NCBI GenBank assembly: GCA_964202905.1
Contig: CAXNJO010000003.1
Coordinates: 224,001 to 288,000, forward strand
Length of the DNA: 64,000 nucleotides
DNA from: Polyangiales bacterium
GTDB lineage: Bacteria; Myxococcota_A; Polyangia; Polyangiales; JADJQN01
Direction of reading: 5' to 3'
Made by a program: the position numbers and the translations under genes. Shown here piece after piece: positions 16,304 through 27,298 of the stretch; position 1 is the first letter of the stretch, and the number at the start of each line of letters is the position of its first letter. The notes beneath the pieces were generated by a model. That model had not been told where the DNA came from and did not search any database. It saw nothing but the letters and a program-made list of their open reading frames with translations.

Positions 16304-17983
16304 TCAGAAGCGGAACTGGATCTCGAAACGGGCCGACTGCTCGTTCACCGGCGCGTCGAGGCGATCCGGGTTCGCCTCGATCGTGCGGTTCGTGTAGACG
16401 AGCGAGGCGAGGCCGATGTTGCGGTACCAGTAGAGGTGCGCGCCGAGACGCCACTGGAACTCTTGCAGCGGGCGGCGGATGGTGTCCGAGCCGTAATCGC
16501 AGGTGTTGGAGCCCGTCGCGCGGTCGACCGTCTCGCAGTCGGGCGCCTGCGGATAGAAGCCACCGACATCGCCAGAGAGCAGGAAGAGCTTGGGGATCAC
16601 GAGCACGCCGAGCTGCGCGACGAAGGAGGGCGCGAACGCGCCGAGCTCGAACTCCTGCTTTCCGTAATGCTCGACGGAGAAGAGGAAGCGCGAATAGCGG
16701 GCGAGGAAATAGGCGTTCCACGCGACGAAGCGCTCGACGGGGCGCTGGTCCCACTTCACGCCGAGCGAGAGCGCGACGGTGAGTGGCGAAGGCGTGTAGA
16801 GGAAGGGCGAGTCGAAGCGGCTCGCGCGACCGACGAAGTTGATCGCGACCTGCGCGCCCGCCGTGTAGCTGAAGTTGCGGTCGTTGTTCGTGAAGAAGGA
16901 GCCGCCGACGTTGCCCGTCGAGTTGCCCGAGCCGCCCGCCGCGAAGACGCGGTATTGCAGCGTCCCGTCGAGCAGCGGGCCGCCGACCTCGACCGCTGCG
17001 CCGTTGCCCTGCTCGAACGCGGAATACACGTAGAACGCCGGATCGAGCAGCAGCTGACGCGCCGCGCTCGTGATCAGCGCCGACGAGAGCGAGCCCGAGC
17101 CGCTGTTGATGTTGAGGTAATGCCCGCTCCCGCCGAGCGGGACCTGGAACATCGCGAAGGTGAGCCGCGGCGTGCGCTCCGCCCTCATGTTGATGAGGAA
17201 GAAGCTGTTCTGCATGAAGGGGATGGGGCCGAGCGCGCGGAGCTGGATGCGCGAGAAACGCGCGTCCCACACATCCTCGGGCGCGGGAACGCCGGCGGCT
17301 TCTGCGTCCGCCGAGAGCGAATCGCGCTGGAACGTCGCGCCGACGCCGACGACCGCCGAGAAGCGCACGCCGGGGCCGCTGTGGCAGACGGTCACCTGCG
17401 GGTCGAAGCGGCAGCCGAAGTCGGCGCAATCCATCCGGCCGTCGTTGTCGTTGTCGATGCCGTCCGCGCAGACCTCGTCGGTGCGCTCGCCGTCGGCGTC
17501 GCCGCCGGTGCCGATCAGATCTTCGACCGTCATGCCCGCGCCGAGCTCGGGGATGTCCTCGTCGAGACCCGCCTGCGACGCGCCCGCCGCGGGGGCAGCG
17601 CCGTTCGCGGAGCCCTGCCACGAGCCGCGACAGCGCGTGACGCCGGGGCCGTTGCAGTCCTCGTCGTCGCAGTCGATCGCGTCGTCGCCGTCGTTGTCGA
17701 TCCAGTCGCTGCACGCGGCGTTCGTGTTCTCGCCGCCCTGCCCCGACTCACACGCGGCCGCGCTGAAGCAGTCGGCGTCCGCGCAGTCGACGAGGCCGTC
17801 GCCGTCCTCGTCGCGGCGGTCGTCGCAGGTCGACTCGCGCTCGGGGCGCGGCGCGGCGGGCACGGACACCGCATCCCCCGCAGGCGGCGGCGCGTCCTGC
17901 GCGCGGAGCGGGGCGGCGAACGCGAGCGTGGCGAGGGCGAGCAGCGCGGCCTGGGCAGCGGAGGGGGTCTTCGAGCGAGTCAT
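16304..17983 (-). CDS. Probable outer-membrane beta-barrel with three N-terminal Cys/Asp Ca-binding-like repeats
   Basis: Signal peptide MTRSK...PLRA; three CxDxxDxDxDxxxDCxDxxC repeats; alternating amphipathic strands; ends ARFEIQFRF (C-terminal Phe). Confidence 0.7.
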   Translation of the reverse strand: MTRSKTPSAAQAALLALATLAFAAPLRAQDAPPPAGDAVSVPAAPRPERESTCDDRRDEDGDGLVDCADADCFSAAACESGQGGENTNAACSDWIDNDGDDAIDCDDEDCNGPGVTRCRGSWQGSANGAAPAAGASQAGLDEDIPELGAGMTVEDLIGTGGDADGERTDEVCADGIDNDNDGRMDCADFGCRFDPQVTVCHSGPGVRFSAVVGVGATFQRDSLSADAEAAGVPAPEDVWDARFSRIQLRALGPIPFMQNSFFLINMRAERTPRLTFAMFQVPLGGSGHYLNINSGSGSLSSALITSAARQLLLDPAFYVYSAFEQGNGAAVEVGGPLLDGTLQYRVFAAGGSGNSTGNVGGSFFTNNDRNFSYTAGAQVAINFVGRASRFDSPFLYTPSPLTVALSLGVKWDQRPVERFVAWNAYFLARYSRFLFSVEHYGKQEFELGAFAPSFVAQLGVLVIPKLFLLSGDVGGFYPQAPDCETVDRATGSNTCDYGSDTIRRPLQEFQWRLGAHLYWYRNIGLASLVYTNRTIEANPDRLDAPVNEQSARFEIQFRF

Positions 17984-18087
17984 TCTCTCGGCGTCCTTCG
18001 TGGGGGTCGGCGCAGCAGGGCGGAGTGCGTGATCGGTGGAGCAGAGCGGCGCGCGAGCGGCGCGCGCCCGTTCAGGGGCAGACGCGG

Positions 18088-19359
18088 TCAGGGGCAGACG
18101 CGGCGCGCGGTCGCGCACGTCCCGGCTGCGACGACCGCGGGGTGGTAGTAACAGTCCCAGTCGGCGCAGTTCGCGAAGCCGTCGCCGTCGTTGTCGCGCG
18201 GGGCGCCGCGGTCGTCGGTGTCGGTGCAGAGTCGGATGACCTCCTCCTTGCCGGCGGCGCTCTCCGGGTCGAGCACGGCGCTCTCGAAGCACACGCGCCG
18301 CACGTTGAGGTCGTCGGACTGCGCGCACGAGTAGTCCGCGCAGTCGGTGAAGCCGTTCCCGTCGTCGTCGCGGCCGTTCGAGCACTTCTCGGGGGTCGCC
18401 TCGCCGACGCTCAGGCAGAACGTGACCACCGCGGGATCGTCGGAGCGCGCGCAGCTGAAATCCGCGCAGTCGATGAAGCCGTTGCCGTCTTCGTCGAGGC
18501 CATTCATGCACTCGGCGAGCGTGTCCTCGGACGGCAGGCTCGCGCAGTACGCGACGGCAGCGGGGTCGTCGGAGCGCGAACAGCTGAAGTCGTCGCAGTC
18601 GAGGAAGCCATTGCCATCGTCGTCGAGGCCGTTCATGCACTCGGCGAGGGAGTCTTCGACCGGCAGGCTCGCGCAGTAGGCCGCCACGCCCGGCTCGCTC
18701 GAGCGCGAACAGCTGAAGTCGTTGCAGTCGAGGAAGCCGTTCCCGTCGTTGTCGAAGCGGTCCATGCAGCGCGCGAGGGTGTTCTCCGGGCCCATCTCGG
18801 GCGGCGGGCCGGTGCGGCAGGCGTCGCTCGCGGCGCAGTCGGAATCGGCACAATCCGCCGCGGAATCTCCGTCGTTGTCGTAGGCATCCGCGCAGTCGGT
18901 CTCGGCTGCACACACCGTCACATAGAGGCCATTGCGACAGCCGAAATCCCGGCAATCCGCGAAGCCGTTGCCGTCGTTGTCGCGGCGATCGCTGCACGCT
19001 TCGTTGGTGAACTCGTTGGAGCAGCAGTTCTCGGGGATGGCCTGGCAATCCCGATCTCCGCAGTCGAACTGACCGTCGCCATCGTTGTCGATGAAGTCGT
19101 TGCAGGTGACGTAGGTATTCTCGGCGTCTTCGGTGGGGACGAGGGGAATCACCTCGCCGCACAGCGTCGAACGCCGGAGGCAGTCGTCGTCGAGACAATC
19201 GATCTGTCCGTCACGGTCGTCGTCGATGCCGTTCGAACAGGCGTCGTCGTTGGTCTCGTAGCCGAGCACGACGACCCCGGGCGGGGTCCAGCAGGCGCCG
19301 ACGAGGACGAGAACCGCGAGCAGTGCGGGTGTGCGGAGAATGGGATTCACGCGGCGCAT
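18088..19359 (-). CDS. Lipoprotein built from about nine Cys/Asp (DxDGxG) repeats
   Basis: Lipobox LVGAC; repeats such as CMNGLDDDGNGFLDCDDFSC, some on ~120-nt DNA repeats; its ATG overlaps the upstream TGA. Confidence 0.8.
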   Translation of the reverse strand: MRRVNPILRTPALLAVLVLVGACWTPPGVVVLGYETNDDACSNGIDDDRDGQIDCLDDDCLRRSTLCGEVIPLVPTEDAENTYVTCNDFIDNDGDGQFDCGDRDCQAIPENCCSNEFTNEACSDRRDNDGNGFADCRDFGCRNGLYVTVCAAETDCADAYDNDGDSAADCADSDCAASDACRTGPPPEMGPENTLARCMDRFDNDGNGFLDCNDFSCSRSSEPGVAAYCASLPVEDSLAECMNGLDDDGNGFLDCDDFSCSRSDDPAAVAYCASLPSEDTLAECMNGLDEDGNGFIDCADFSCARSDDPAVVTFCLSVGEATPEKCSNGRDDDGNGFTDCADYSCAQSDDLNVRRVCFESAVLDPESAAGKEEVIRLCTDTDDRGAPRDNDGDGFANCADWDCYYHPAVVAAGTCATARRVCP

Positions 19360-20336
19360 CAGTGCCTGAGACAGGACGCACGGGAGAGCCCGTAGCGGCG
19401 GTTGAAGGCCACGTTGACCATGCAGGAGCCGCGCGCCTCGGTGACGGTGCCGAGCGCGCCGGAGGCTTTCTTCGCGGCGAGCGCGGCGGCGAGCGGCGCG
19501 CGCGACGCCTCCGCGACCCACTCGGGGAGTTCGTCGTGGCGCAGATAGAAGGCCGTGGCGTTCGCGAGGTGGAGATTGTCGATGTCCGCGAGCGCAGCGG
19601 CGAGCGCGCGGTCTTCGCGGAGCTGGCCGGCGACCGCGTCGACGCGGGCGTAGTCGACGCGCTTCTCCGTGATGCAGACCGTCTGACACTCGCTGTACGT
19701 CTCGCGGTGCTTCATCGAGTCGGAGTGACCGTCGCGCGTGGAGATCATGCGGTTGTAGGCGAACTCGCGCTCCGGATCTTCGTCGATCGAGTGGATCGAG
19801 GTGACGACGAACTGCGGAATGCCGTGCGCCCACATCCCGCGGCGCTCCGCCTGCGCGAGGCGCTGCGCGCGGATCAGCGCGATGCTGCCGGGGCGATCGT
19901 CGATGTTGTAGACGTGCGCGAGGCCCTTGCGGATGTCGTCGAGCGCGAGATCGGGGCAATCCCAGAGCGTGCGGCCGTAGCCGTCGCGGTTCATGTCGCT
20001 CGTGCAGTGCCAGACGCCATGGCGACCGTTCAGCGTCGCCATCTTCGCGTTGACGTAGAGCTCCCAGGGGTTCCACGTGCCCCACGAGTGCGCGGGGCCG
20101 AAGCTCTCGAGCGTGTTGTACCCGCCGAGGCGCGCCTTGCCGCCGGCGTGCAGGCCGGCGAGGACACGGAAGCTGTCGCCGTCGTTGAAGTACACCGGCG
20201 AGGGCACGCCGTTGAGGAAGACGCGTGAGGCCTGCTCCGCGTGGGCGCCGCCCCGCAGCGCGGTGAGCGCGCCAGCGACGAGCACGGCGGCGATCAGGGA
20301 GCGCGCAGGCCGCAGGAGCCGGGGCTTCGGAGACAT
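19359..20336 (-). CDS. Secreted thermonuclease (SNase)-like protein with C-terminal extension
   Basis: Signal peptide ending AHA; NDGDSF, RLGGYNTLE, DGYGRTL, IRKGLA and AQAERRGMW motifs. Confidence 0.75.
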   Translation of the reverse strand: MSPKPRLLRPARSLIAAVLVAGALTALRGGAHAEQASRVFLNGVPSPVYFNDGDSFRVLAGLHAGGKARLGGYNTLESFGPAHSWGTWNPWELYVNAKMATLNGRHGVWHCTSDMNRDGYGRTLWDCPDLALDDIRKGLAHVYNIDDRPGSIALIRAQRLAQAERRGMWAHGIPQFVVTSIHSIDEDPEREFAYNRMISTRDGHSDSMKHRETYSECQTVCITEKRVDYARVDAVAGQLREDRALAAALADIDNLHLANATAFYLRHDELPEWVAEASRAPLAAALAAKKASGALGTVTEARGSCMVNVAFNRRYGLSRASCLRH

Positions 20337-20449
20337 CCGGCCGCATCCAATCCCGCGGCGCACGGGATGTCAACCGCGACGACGTGTCCGGACGGTGCCG
20401 GAGGCGTCACGCGACGCGGGGTACGCGCGCGACGCGGGGCACGACCGCG

Positions 20450-22252
20450 TCAGGGCGCGGGTGGGGTCCACGCGATGAGCTCGCGCATCTTCGACTCGAG
20501 GCGCGGCCAGCCCTCGGGCCCGATGCTGTTGGTCTCCTCGTAGTGATCGCCCGGGGCCTGCGTCGTGTAGGGCGAGGGGCCGAGCTGGTAATCGAACTCG
20601 GGCACGAAATAGCCCATGAAATCCTCGGCACAGCCGAAGAGCATCACGTACTCGGCGTCGGGCCGCGCGGCGATCGCGCGCTCGCGGAGATAGCCGTCGT
20701 CCGGCGCGCGCGAGAGCTCCGGCGGGTTCTCGCGCGTGGTGTCGACGACGGGCACACCGGTGGGCGTGTAGGAGCCGTCCTTGCCGCCGACGAAGAGCAT
20801 CGGGTCGAGCTCGCCGGGCGCCGTGAGGATGCGCGCGCGGCCGATGTCGAGCACGGCGATCTCGGTCTCGAGCCAAGGCGGATTCGACGAGCTCGCACGG
20901 CGGTTCGGGTTGTAGGCGAAGAGCTCGCGCGTGAAGACGCCGAACTCGCCGCCGAGCTGGTAGAGGACGTTCTCGACCTTCAGCTTGAAGACGTAGTTGC
21001 GGTAGGCGAGCGCGGCCGTCTCGTCGGTGACGACGCCGCTCGTCGCGGAGAACGCGCGCAGGATCTGCTGCGCGAGGCGGGTGCCGAGCACCTCGGCGGC
21101 GCGGAGCGAGCGGTTGGGCAGCGCGGTGGTGCCGTCGAAGTCGCGCGGGCTCGTGCGGGCCGGGCCGATCTGCACGCCGAGCGCGCCCTGATAGAAGACG
21201 CAGACGCCGCCGAGGCCCGGCAGATCGGTCTCGGTGGGCGTGGGCGCGGTCACCCCATCTTCGACGCCCTCGCGCAGCCAGTGCACGAAGTCGCTCGAGA
21301 GCAGCTGGTTCTCGCTGCCGGTGTATTCGGGGTGCGCGGCGAAGTTCACGAGCGTCGCGATCGTGCGCGTCTCGTCGGTGGCGTCCGCGAAGCGCATGAG
21401 GCGCACCTCGTCGTCGACGATGTTGGGGTCGCGCCCGTCGCCGACGTAGCGGTTGACGCCGCCCTCCATGTCGCGGACGCGCGTGAGGGCGTACTGCACG
21501 TGCGCGGGGGCGAGCGCGTCGACGGCCTGCTTCGCGGCCGCGGCGATCGCGCGGTTGATGCGATCGTTGTATTCGTCGCTGCGGCCGGTGGCGTTGGGCG
21601 CCGGGCCCCAGATGCCGACGGTGTCGCGGCCCTCGTGGTTGTGCGTCGACGAGACGAGCAGGTGATCGAAGTCGACGCCCATCTCACGCGCATACGCGCG
21701 GGCGCGCTGGACATCGTCGCGGAAGTAGCCGACGACGTCGATCGATACGAGCACGAGCGTGGTGCCGTTGTGGCGCAGGGCGATGGCGCGGGCCCACTGC
21801 GGGTCGCGCACGCCGCTCGCGCCGCGCGGGCTGCCGTAACCGGCGATCCAGACACCCTCGTAGATGCCGTTGCCGTTCTTGTCCATGAACTGATCGCCGT
21901 CGCTCGCGTCGAAGCTGCCGTTCCCGTTCACGTCGACGGTCTGGAAGTCGGCGTCGGTCAGATCCGGCGTGATGTCGATCGCCGCGGCGCCCGCGCGGAG
22001 CACATCGTCGCCCTCGGCGGGGCAGTCGGGCCCGCCCGGGCAGTACGAGAGCGGCACGGGCTCGTCGACGACGATGCCGTAGTCGGGCCGCATCCCCGCG
22101 TCCATCGGCCCCGCATCGACGCCCGCGTCGGGCGTGCCGGCGGGGTCGTCGTCGCCGCACGCGGCGAAGACGAGCGTGAGAGACAAGAGCGCAATCCGCG
22201 CGAGGGCGCGACGGGACGCGGCGATGACCGAAAGATGGACGGCGGCACGCAT
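20450..22252 (-). CDS. Neutral/alkaline ceramidase-like lipoprotein hydrolase
   Basis: Lipobox VFAAC; GAAAIDITP, DPQWARAIAL, SSTHNHEG, NFAAHPE, APGE and HYEETNS motifs. Confidence 0.7.
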   Translation of the reverse strand: MRAAVHLSVIAASRRALARIALLSLTLVFAACGDDDPAGTPDAGVDAGPMDAGMRPDYGIVVDEPVPLSYCPGGPDCPAEGDDVLRAGAAAIDITPDLTDADFQTVDVNGNGSFDASDGDQFMDKNGNGIYEGVWIAGYGSPRGASGVRDPQWARAIALRHNGTTLVLVSIDVVGYFRDDVQRARAYAREMGVDFDHLLVSSTHNHEGRDTVGIWGPAPNATGRSDEYNDRINRAIAAAAKQAVDALAPAHVQYALTRVRDMEGGVNRYVGDGRDPNIVDDEVRLMRFADATDETRTIATLVNFAAHPEYTGSENQLLSSDFVHWLREGVEDGVTAPTPTETDLPGLGGVCVFYQGALGVQIGPARTSPRDFDGTTALPNRSLRAAEVLGTRLAQQILRAFSATSGVVTDETAALAYRNYVFKLKVENVLYQLGGEFGVFTRELFAYNPNRRASSSNPPWLETEIAVLDIGRARILTAPGELDPMLFVGGKDGSYTPTGVPVVDTTRENPPELSRAPDDGYLRERAIAARPDAEYVMLFGCAEDFMGYFVPEFDYQLGPSPYTTQAPGDHYEETNSIGPEGWPRLESKMRELIAWTPPAP

Positions 22253-22307
22253 GGCGCGACGTTATCGCGCCACGGTCGGCGTTGTCATGGAAGCGCGGCG
22301 CGAGGCC

Positions 22308-25089
22308 TCAGGGGCGCTGCGACGAGAAGAACGTGCGGAGGCTCGCGCCCTGCGCGTCGAGGCGTGCGCCGCAGAGGCGGATGGCCTCGAGCGAGCCCGC
22401 GAGGTTGCGCGGCCCGCCCGGGAGCGCCGTGATGCGCGGGCCGAAGAAGCCCTCGACGCTCGCGGCGTGCTGCGCATCGCAGAAGCGCGTCATGTACCAG
22501 GGCAGATCCGCCGCGCGCGTGGTCGCGATGCGCGCGGAGAGCGGCTCGTAGTGCGCCTGCACCCAGGCCCACGTCGCGTCGCGGTGCTCGGGGATCCCCA
22601 TCTGCCCGCTGAGCGGCGTGAGCACCTCGTTCACGCGCAGTACCGGATCAAGCGAGAGGCGCAGCGCCCGCTCGCCGAGCGCCGCGTCGTGCGCGCCGCC
22701 GAGCGCGCCGAGCATCCGGTTGCGCACGTTCGCGTCGGTCGAGGCGCGGAGGCGCTTCTCGATGCGGTCGAAGAGCGCGACGTCGCCGTCTTCCATCGCG
22801 ACGGCGAGCGCGACGTCGACGAGCTCGGGCGCGACGGCCGAATCGACGAGCGGCGCCTCGTCGGAGCTGCCGAGATAGGCGCGCGCGCGACGCACGGCCT
22901 CGGCGCGGACGGCCGGATCGCGCCCCACCATCGCGAGGAAGGTGATCACCGACTTGCGGAGCAGCTTCGTTTCACCATCTTCCGTGATGCCATTGCGTGG
23001 CGCCCAGCCGAGGCGGCGAAACGGCGTGGCATAGAGCTTCCGGGCAAAGGCCTCGATGCGCGGGCGCAGCGCGGGGTCGGGCATCTGGTCGCGCGCGAAC
23101 GACACGAGGCCCATCGGGGAGGTCGCGACGGCGCGCGTCGGATCGGCGGCGAGCGGCGCGAGCGCGGCGAGCACGTCGGCCGCGGGGATGGCGTTGGCTG
23201 CGAACGCTGCGACGAGGCTGTCGGAGAGCGCGAGGCGCTCACGGGGCTGGAGCTGCGACGCACCGGCGCCACGGAGCCGCGCGAGATCCGCCGCCGGGAG
23301 CGCGAAGCGGTAGTAGCCCGCGCCATCCGCGTTGGGCATGAGCCACTCGGGGCAGAAGCCGCCCTCGAGCGCGATGCGCTGCTCGGGCTCGGTGACGAGC
23401 GTGCACTGCTCGCGCGCCTCGCTGCCGCGGCCGAAGCGCACGCAGAGCGGGATCTGCCAGCGCTGCGCGCGGTCGCCCGCCGAGCCGACCGGCAGGTAGC
23501 GCGACTGGCGCACGGTGAGCGTCGCGCTCGCGCCCTCGCAGCTGACGCCGGCCTCGACGAGTGGCACGCCCGGCTGCTCGAGGAAGGTGCGGAACGGCGT
23601 CCCGACGTCGCTGCCCGCCGCCGTGCCGAGCGCGGCGAGGAGGTCTTCGGCAGTCGCGTTGCCGAAGCGATGCGATTGCATGTAGGCGCGGATGCCCGTG
23701 CGGAAGCGCTCGGCGCCGAGATAGCGCTCGAACATCGCGAGGACGCCGCCGCCCTTCGAATAGGTGATGCCGTCGAAGGCGTTGCGGATGTCGTGGTTCG
23801 AGTCGATGGGCTGGCGGATCCGGCGCGCGGAGACGAGCGCGTCCTGGCCCATCGCGCCGTGGATGCTCGCGAGCTGCGAGAGGCCGACCTGATACTCGGG
23901 GTTGGTGCGCATCACGACGCGGTTGCCCATCCACGTCGCGAAGGCCTCGTTGAGCCAGATGTCGTCCCACCACGGCATCGTGACGAGGTTGCCGAACCAT
24001 TGGTGCGCGAGCTCGTGCGCCATCACGCCCGCGAAGGAGCGGCGCTGCTCTTCGGGCGCCGACTGCGGATTGAGCAGCAGCAGCCACTCGCGGAAGGTGA
24101 TCGCGCCCGCGTTCTCCATCGCGCCCGAGGCGAAATCGGGCACCGCGAGGATGTCGAGCTTGTCGTAGGGATACTCGCTGCCGAAGTAGTCCTCGAGCTC
24201 GGCGAGGATGCGCGGCGTGTGCGCGAGCGCGTAGGCGAGCTCGGGGCCGCGGCCGCGCGCCGCGATGCCGCGGAAGGGGAGCGCGCGCGTGCGCACCGCG
24301 TTCGCGGGGATGGCGGGCGCCTCGACGACGTCGAGCGGTCCGACCGCGAAGGCGAGCAGATACGTGGGCAGCGCCAGCGTGGTCGCGTAGCGGATGCGCT
24401 TCAGGCCCTCGCCCGCGTCGACTTCTTCGACGGGCTGCGTGTTGGCGATCGCAGCGTGCTCGCGCTTGACCGTGAGCGTGACGTCGAAGGGCGTCTTGAA
24501 CGCGGGCTCGTCGAAGCACGGGAACGCGTAGCGCGCGCTGATCGCCTCGAACTGCGTGAAGGCGTAGCTGTCGCCCGCGCTGTCGACGCGGTAGAGGCCC
24601 TTCAGCGTGCGGTCGAAGGGCGCGTCGTAGGCGATGCGGATCGTCGCGCGGCCCGCGGGCACGTCGCGCGCGGGGCGGAGCGCGGCGAGGCCGTCGTCGC
24701 CGGCGCGCTCGACGGTGAGCGCGATGGGCTCACTACCATCAGGTGTGATGGTGGCCTCCGTGACGTGCATGTCCTGCGCGTGGAGCCAGAGCACGTGTCG
24801 CGGGGACGACGAGCGTGACGTCGATGCGCGACTCGCCGGAGAAGCGCTCGTCGCTCGGCACGATGCGCAGCGCGAGCGCGTAGTGCGTGGGGCGCACGTC
24901 CGCGGGCAGGCGGCCCGTCGGCGCGGCGTCGTCGAGGGCGCCCTCGATGCGGCCTTCGGGCGCCGGCGCGTCGCCGAGCACGTGCGTCGGCACGACGGTC
25001 GGGCGCGAGGCCGGGCCGCATGCGGTGAGCGCGGCGAGGATCGCGAGGGACGAGAGACGGGCGACGAGGCCGGCGCGGGCGTGGAGCAT
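22308..25089 (-). CDS. M1-family aminopeptidase lipoprotein (frameshift near 24808)
   Basis: TQFE, FPCFDEP, GAMEN, HELAHQWFGNLVT...WLNE and YSKG motifs. The N-terminus with lipobox ALTAC and RLPADVRPTHY is in ORF 24739..25089. Confidence 0.92.
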
Positions 25090-25170
25090 GGCGCGCTTTG
25101 TAGCAGCGTTCCGCGCGCGCCGAATGCGCGGAGACGCACGCCCGCGCGGCGAAAGGAGGCCTCGCGTGCG

Positions 25171-25767
25171 TCAGCGACCGCCGGGCAGCGGCGCATCGCC
25201 GCGGGGCGCGATCCGGCCCTCGTCGACGACCTCGCCCTCGGTGTCGATCACCGCGCCCGCGCCCGGACGCGCGCGCGCCGCGCCGCGCGTGCCCGTGCGT
25301 GCGGAGGCACCGCGCCCTGCGACCGACGGCCCGCGACGCGTGGCCGACGTGCGCGGCTCCGCGCCGCGCGGCACGCCGAACGGCATCGCGCCGAAGCCCG
25401 GGCCCGCGGCGACGGCCGCGCCGACGCGCCGCGCGAGCCAGACGGTGACCGCGCGCCGCACCGGCCCGACGAAGAGCGCGAGGCCGAGGGCGTCGCTGAT
25501 CGGGCCCGGCAGCGCGAGCAGCAGGCCCCCGACGAGGAGCGCGAGGCCGGCGGCGAGACCCTCGCCGGGCGCCTCACCCCGCGCGAGCGCCTCCCGCGCG
25601 CGCGCCATCACGCGGCCGCCCTCGAGGCGCGCGAGCTGGAAGCCGATGACGACGCCCAGCAGCGCATAGCCGAACGCGAACATCCCGCCGAGACGCTGGC
25701 CGAGCGCGACCAGCGCGGCGAGGTCGGCGAAGGGGAGCGCGATCGCGGCGAGGATGAGCCAGCGCAC
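25171..25767 (-). CDS. fxsA: FxsA-family membrane protein
   Basis: P..DLAALV, ARLEG and GGLLLALPGPISDALGL pattern. Confidence 0.75.
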   Translation of the reverse strand: MRWLILAAIALPFADLAALVALGQRLGGMFAFGYALLGVVIGFQLARLEGGRVMARAREALARGEAPGEGLAAGLALLVGGLLLALPGPISDALGLALFVGPVRRAVTVWLARRVGAAVAAGPGFGAMPFGVPRGAEPRTSATRRGPSVAGRGASARTGTRGAARARPGAGAVIDTEGEVVDEGRIAPRGDAPLPGGR

Positions 25768-25836
25768 GGCGGGATCATGGGCCCCACGCGCGGCCCCGGC
25801 CAGCGGCGGCGATCGGGGCGCCGTGGCGCGGCGCGG

Positions 25837-27198
25837 TCAGGCGCCCGGTGCGACGCGGCGCGGCGGCTCCCGGCGCATCGGCCTGCCGGGCGGCGCCTCG
25901 ACGAGCGAGCGCTGCAGGTACGGCACGGCCTGCTGGACCACATCGAGCGTCGGATCGAGCTGCTTGCCGAGGCCCTCGGCGACGAGGAGCGCGACGTGCA
26001 CGACGGTGAACACGGGCTCCACCTTCACGTGGTGCTTGCGCAGGATGTTCATGATCCCGCCGACCGCCTCACTCACCTCGACCTCGCCGAGCCGCTTGCC
26101 GTAGAGCTTCGCGAAGTGGGCCTCGACGTCGCGCTCGTAGGCGTCGTAGTCGGCGGTGAAGACGGCCGGCGCGTGCCCGTAGAAGAGCCGCGCGAGCGCG
26201 CGCGCGTCCTGCATCGCCATCGCGAGGAAGGTCTCGGCCCACGGGCGCTGCAGCTCGGCGGGGATCTCGGCGACCATGCCGAGGTCGATGAGCACGATGC
26301 CGGCGTCCGTGTAGAAGACGTTGCCGGGGTGCATGTCGGCGTGCACGAAGCCGTCGACGAACACCATCTCGAGCACGACCTCGCCGCCGAGACGCGCGAG
26401 GCGCGCGCGGTCGCCACCGAGCCGGTGCGCCTCGGTGCCCTTCACGCCGCGCACGAGCTCCATCGCGAGCACGCGCGGCGTGCAGAGCCCGTCGACGAGC
26501 CGCGGGAACGACACTCCCTCGAAGCCCTCGAAGTTGCTTGCGAATCGGCGGTTGTTCGCGGCCTCCACGCGAAAATCGAGCTGCGCCCGCAGCGCGTGAT
26601 CGAAGCGCTCGACCGCGCCGGGGATCGAGAGCATCCGGAGCGGCGGGAGGCGGTCGAGCAGGCGCGCGCACACCCCGAGGATCGCGAGGTCGCGCGCGAT
26701 CGCGGCGTGCGCGGCGAGGCGCTGCACCTTGAGCGCGACCTCGGTGCCGTCCGCGAGCCGGGCGCGGTGAACCTGCGCGACGGAGGCCGCCGCGAGCGGG
26801 ACGGGATCGACGTGCGCGAGGCGCGCGCGCGCGGCGGGATCGAGGTCCTCGGCGAGCACGCGCTCGACGTCCGCGAACGGCGCGGGCGGCACGTCGTCGT
26901 GCAGCCGCGCGAAGGCCTCGATGTAGCCCGGCGCGAGCAGATCGGGGCGCGTCCCGAGGATCTGCCCGAGCTTCACGAAGGTCGCGCCGAGCCGCTCGAG
27001 CAGGCGCGCGAGCACGCGCCCGCGCAGACGCTCGAGCGCCGCGGCGTCCGGGTCGACGACGCCGAAGCGCAGCCACGCATACGCGCCGAGCGCACCGAGC
27101 GCGGCGAGCGCGACGCCGAGCGCGCGCGCGATCAACGCGACGCCGCGCGTGGACACGACGCGGCCCGGGGGGAGAGACACAAACGCAGCGGGGGTCAT
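25837..27198 (-). CDS. ABC1/UbiB-family atypical kinase
   Basis: LGATFVKLGQILGTRPDL, AAASVAQVH, VALKV, HADMHPGN and IDLGM motifs. Confidence 0.92.
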   Translation of the reverse strand: MTPAAFVSLPPGRVVSTRGVALIARALGVALAALGALGAYAWLRFGVVDPDAAALERLRGRVLARLLERLGATFVKLGQILGTRPDLLAPGYIEAFARLHDDVPPAPFADVERVLAEDLDPAARARLAHVDPVPLAAASVAQVHRARLADGTEVALKVQRLAAHAAIARDLAILGVCARLLDRLPPLRMLSIPGAVERFDHALRAQLDFRVEAANNRRFASNFEGFEGVSFPRLVDGLCTPRVLAMELVRGVKGTEAHRLGGDRARLARLGGEVVLEMVFVDGFVHADMHPGNVFYTDAGIVLIDLGMVAEIPAELQRPWAETFLAMAMQDARALARLFYGHAPAVFTADYDAYERDVEAHFAKLYGKRLGEVEVSEAVGGIMNILRKHHVKVEPVFTVVHVALLVAEGLGKQLDPTLDVVQQAVPYLQRSLVEAPPGRPMRREPPRRVAPGA

Positions 27199-27298
27199 CG
27201 GCGGGCCCCCGACTCTACGCCGATGCCGCGCTGCGCGCGCGCGCGGGCCACACAGCGGCGTCGCCCCGGGGCGAGAGGCGGGCGCAGACGCGAGCGGC

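Noticed and set aside
20411..20445. Imperfect 18-bp tandem repeat (GCGACGCGGGGYACG)
   Set aside because: Short and GC-rich with only two copies; plausible by chance or local slippage.
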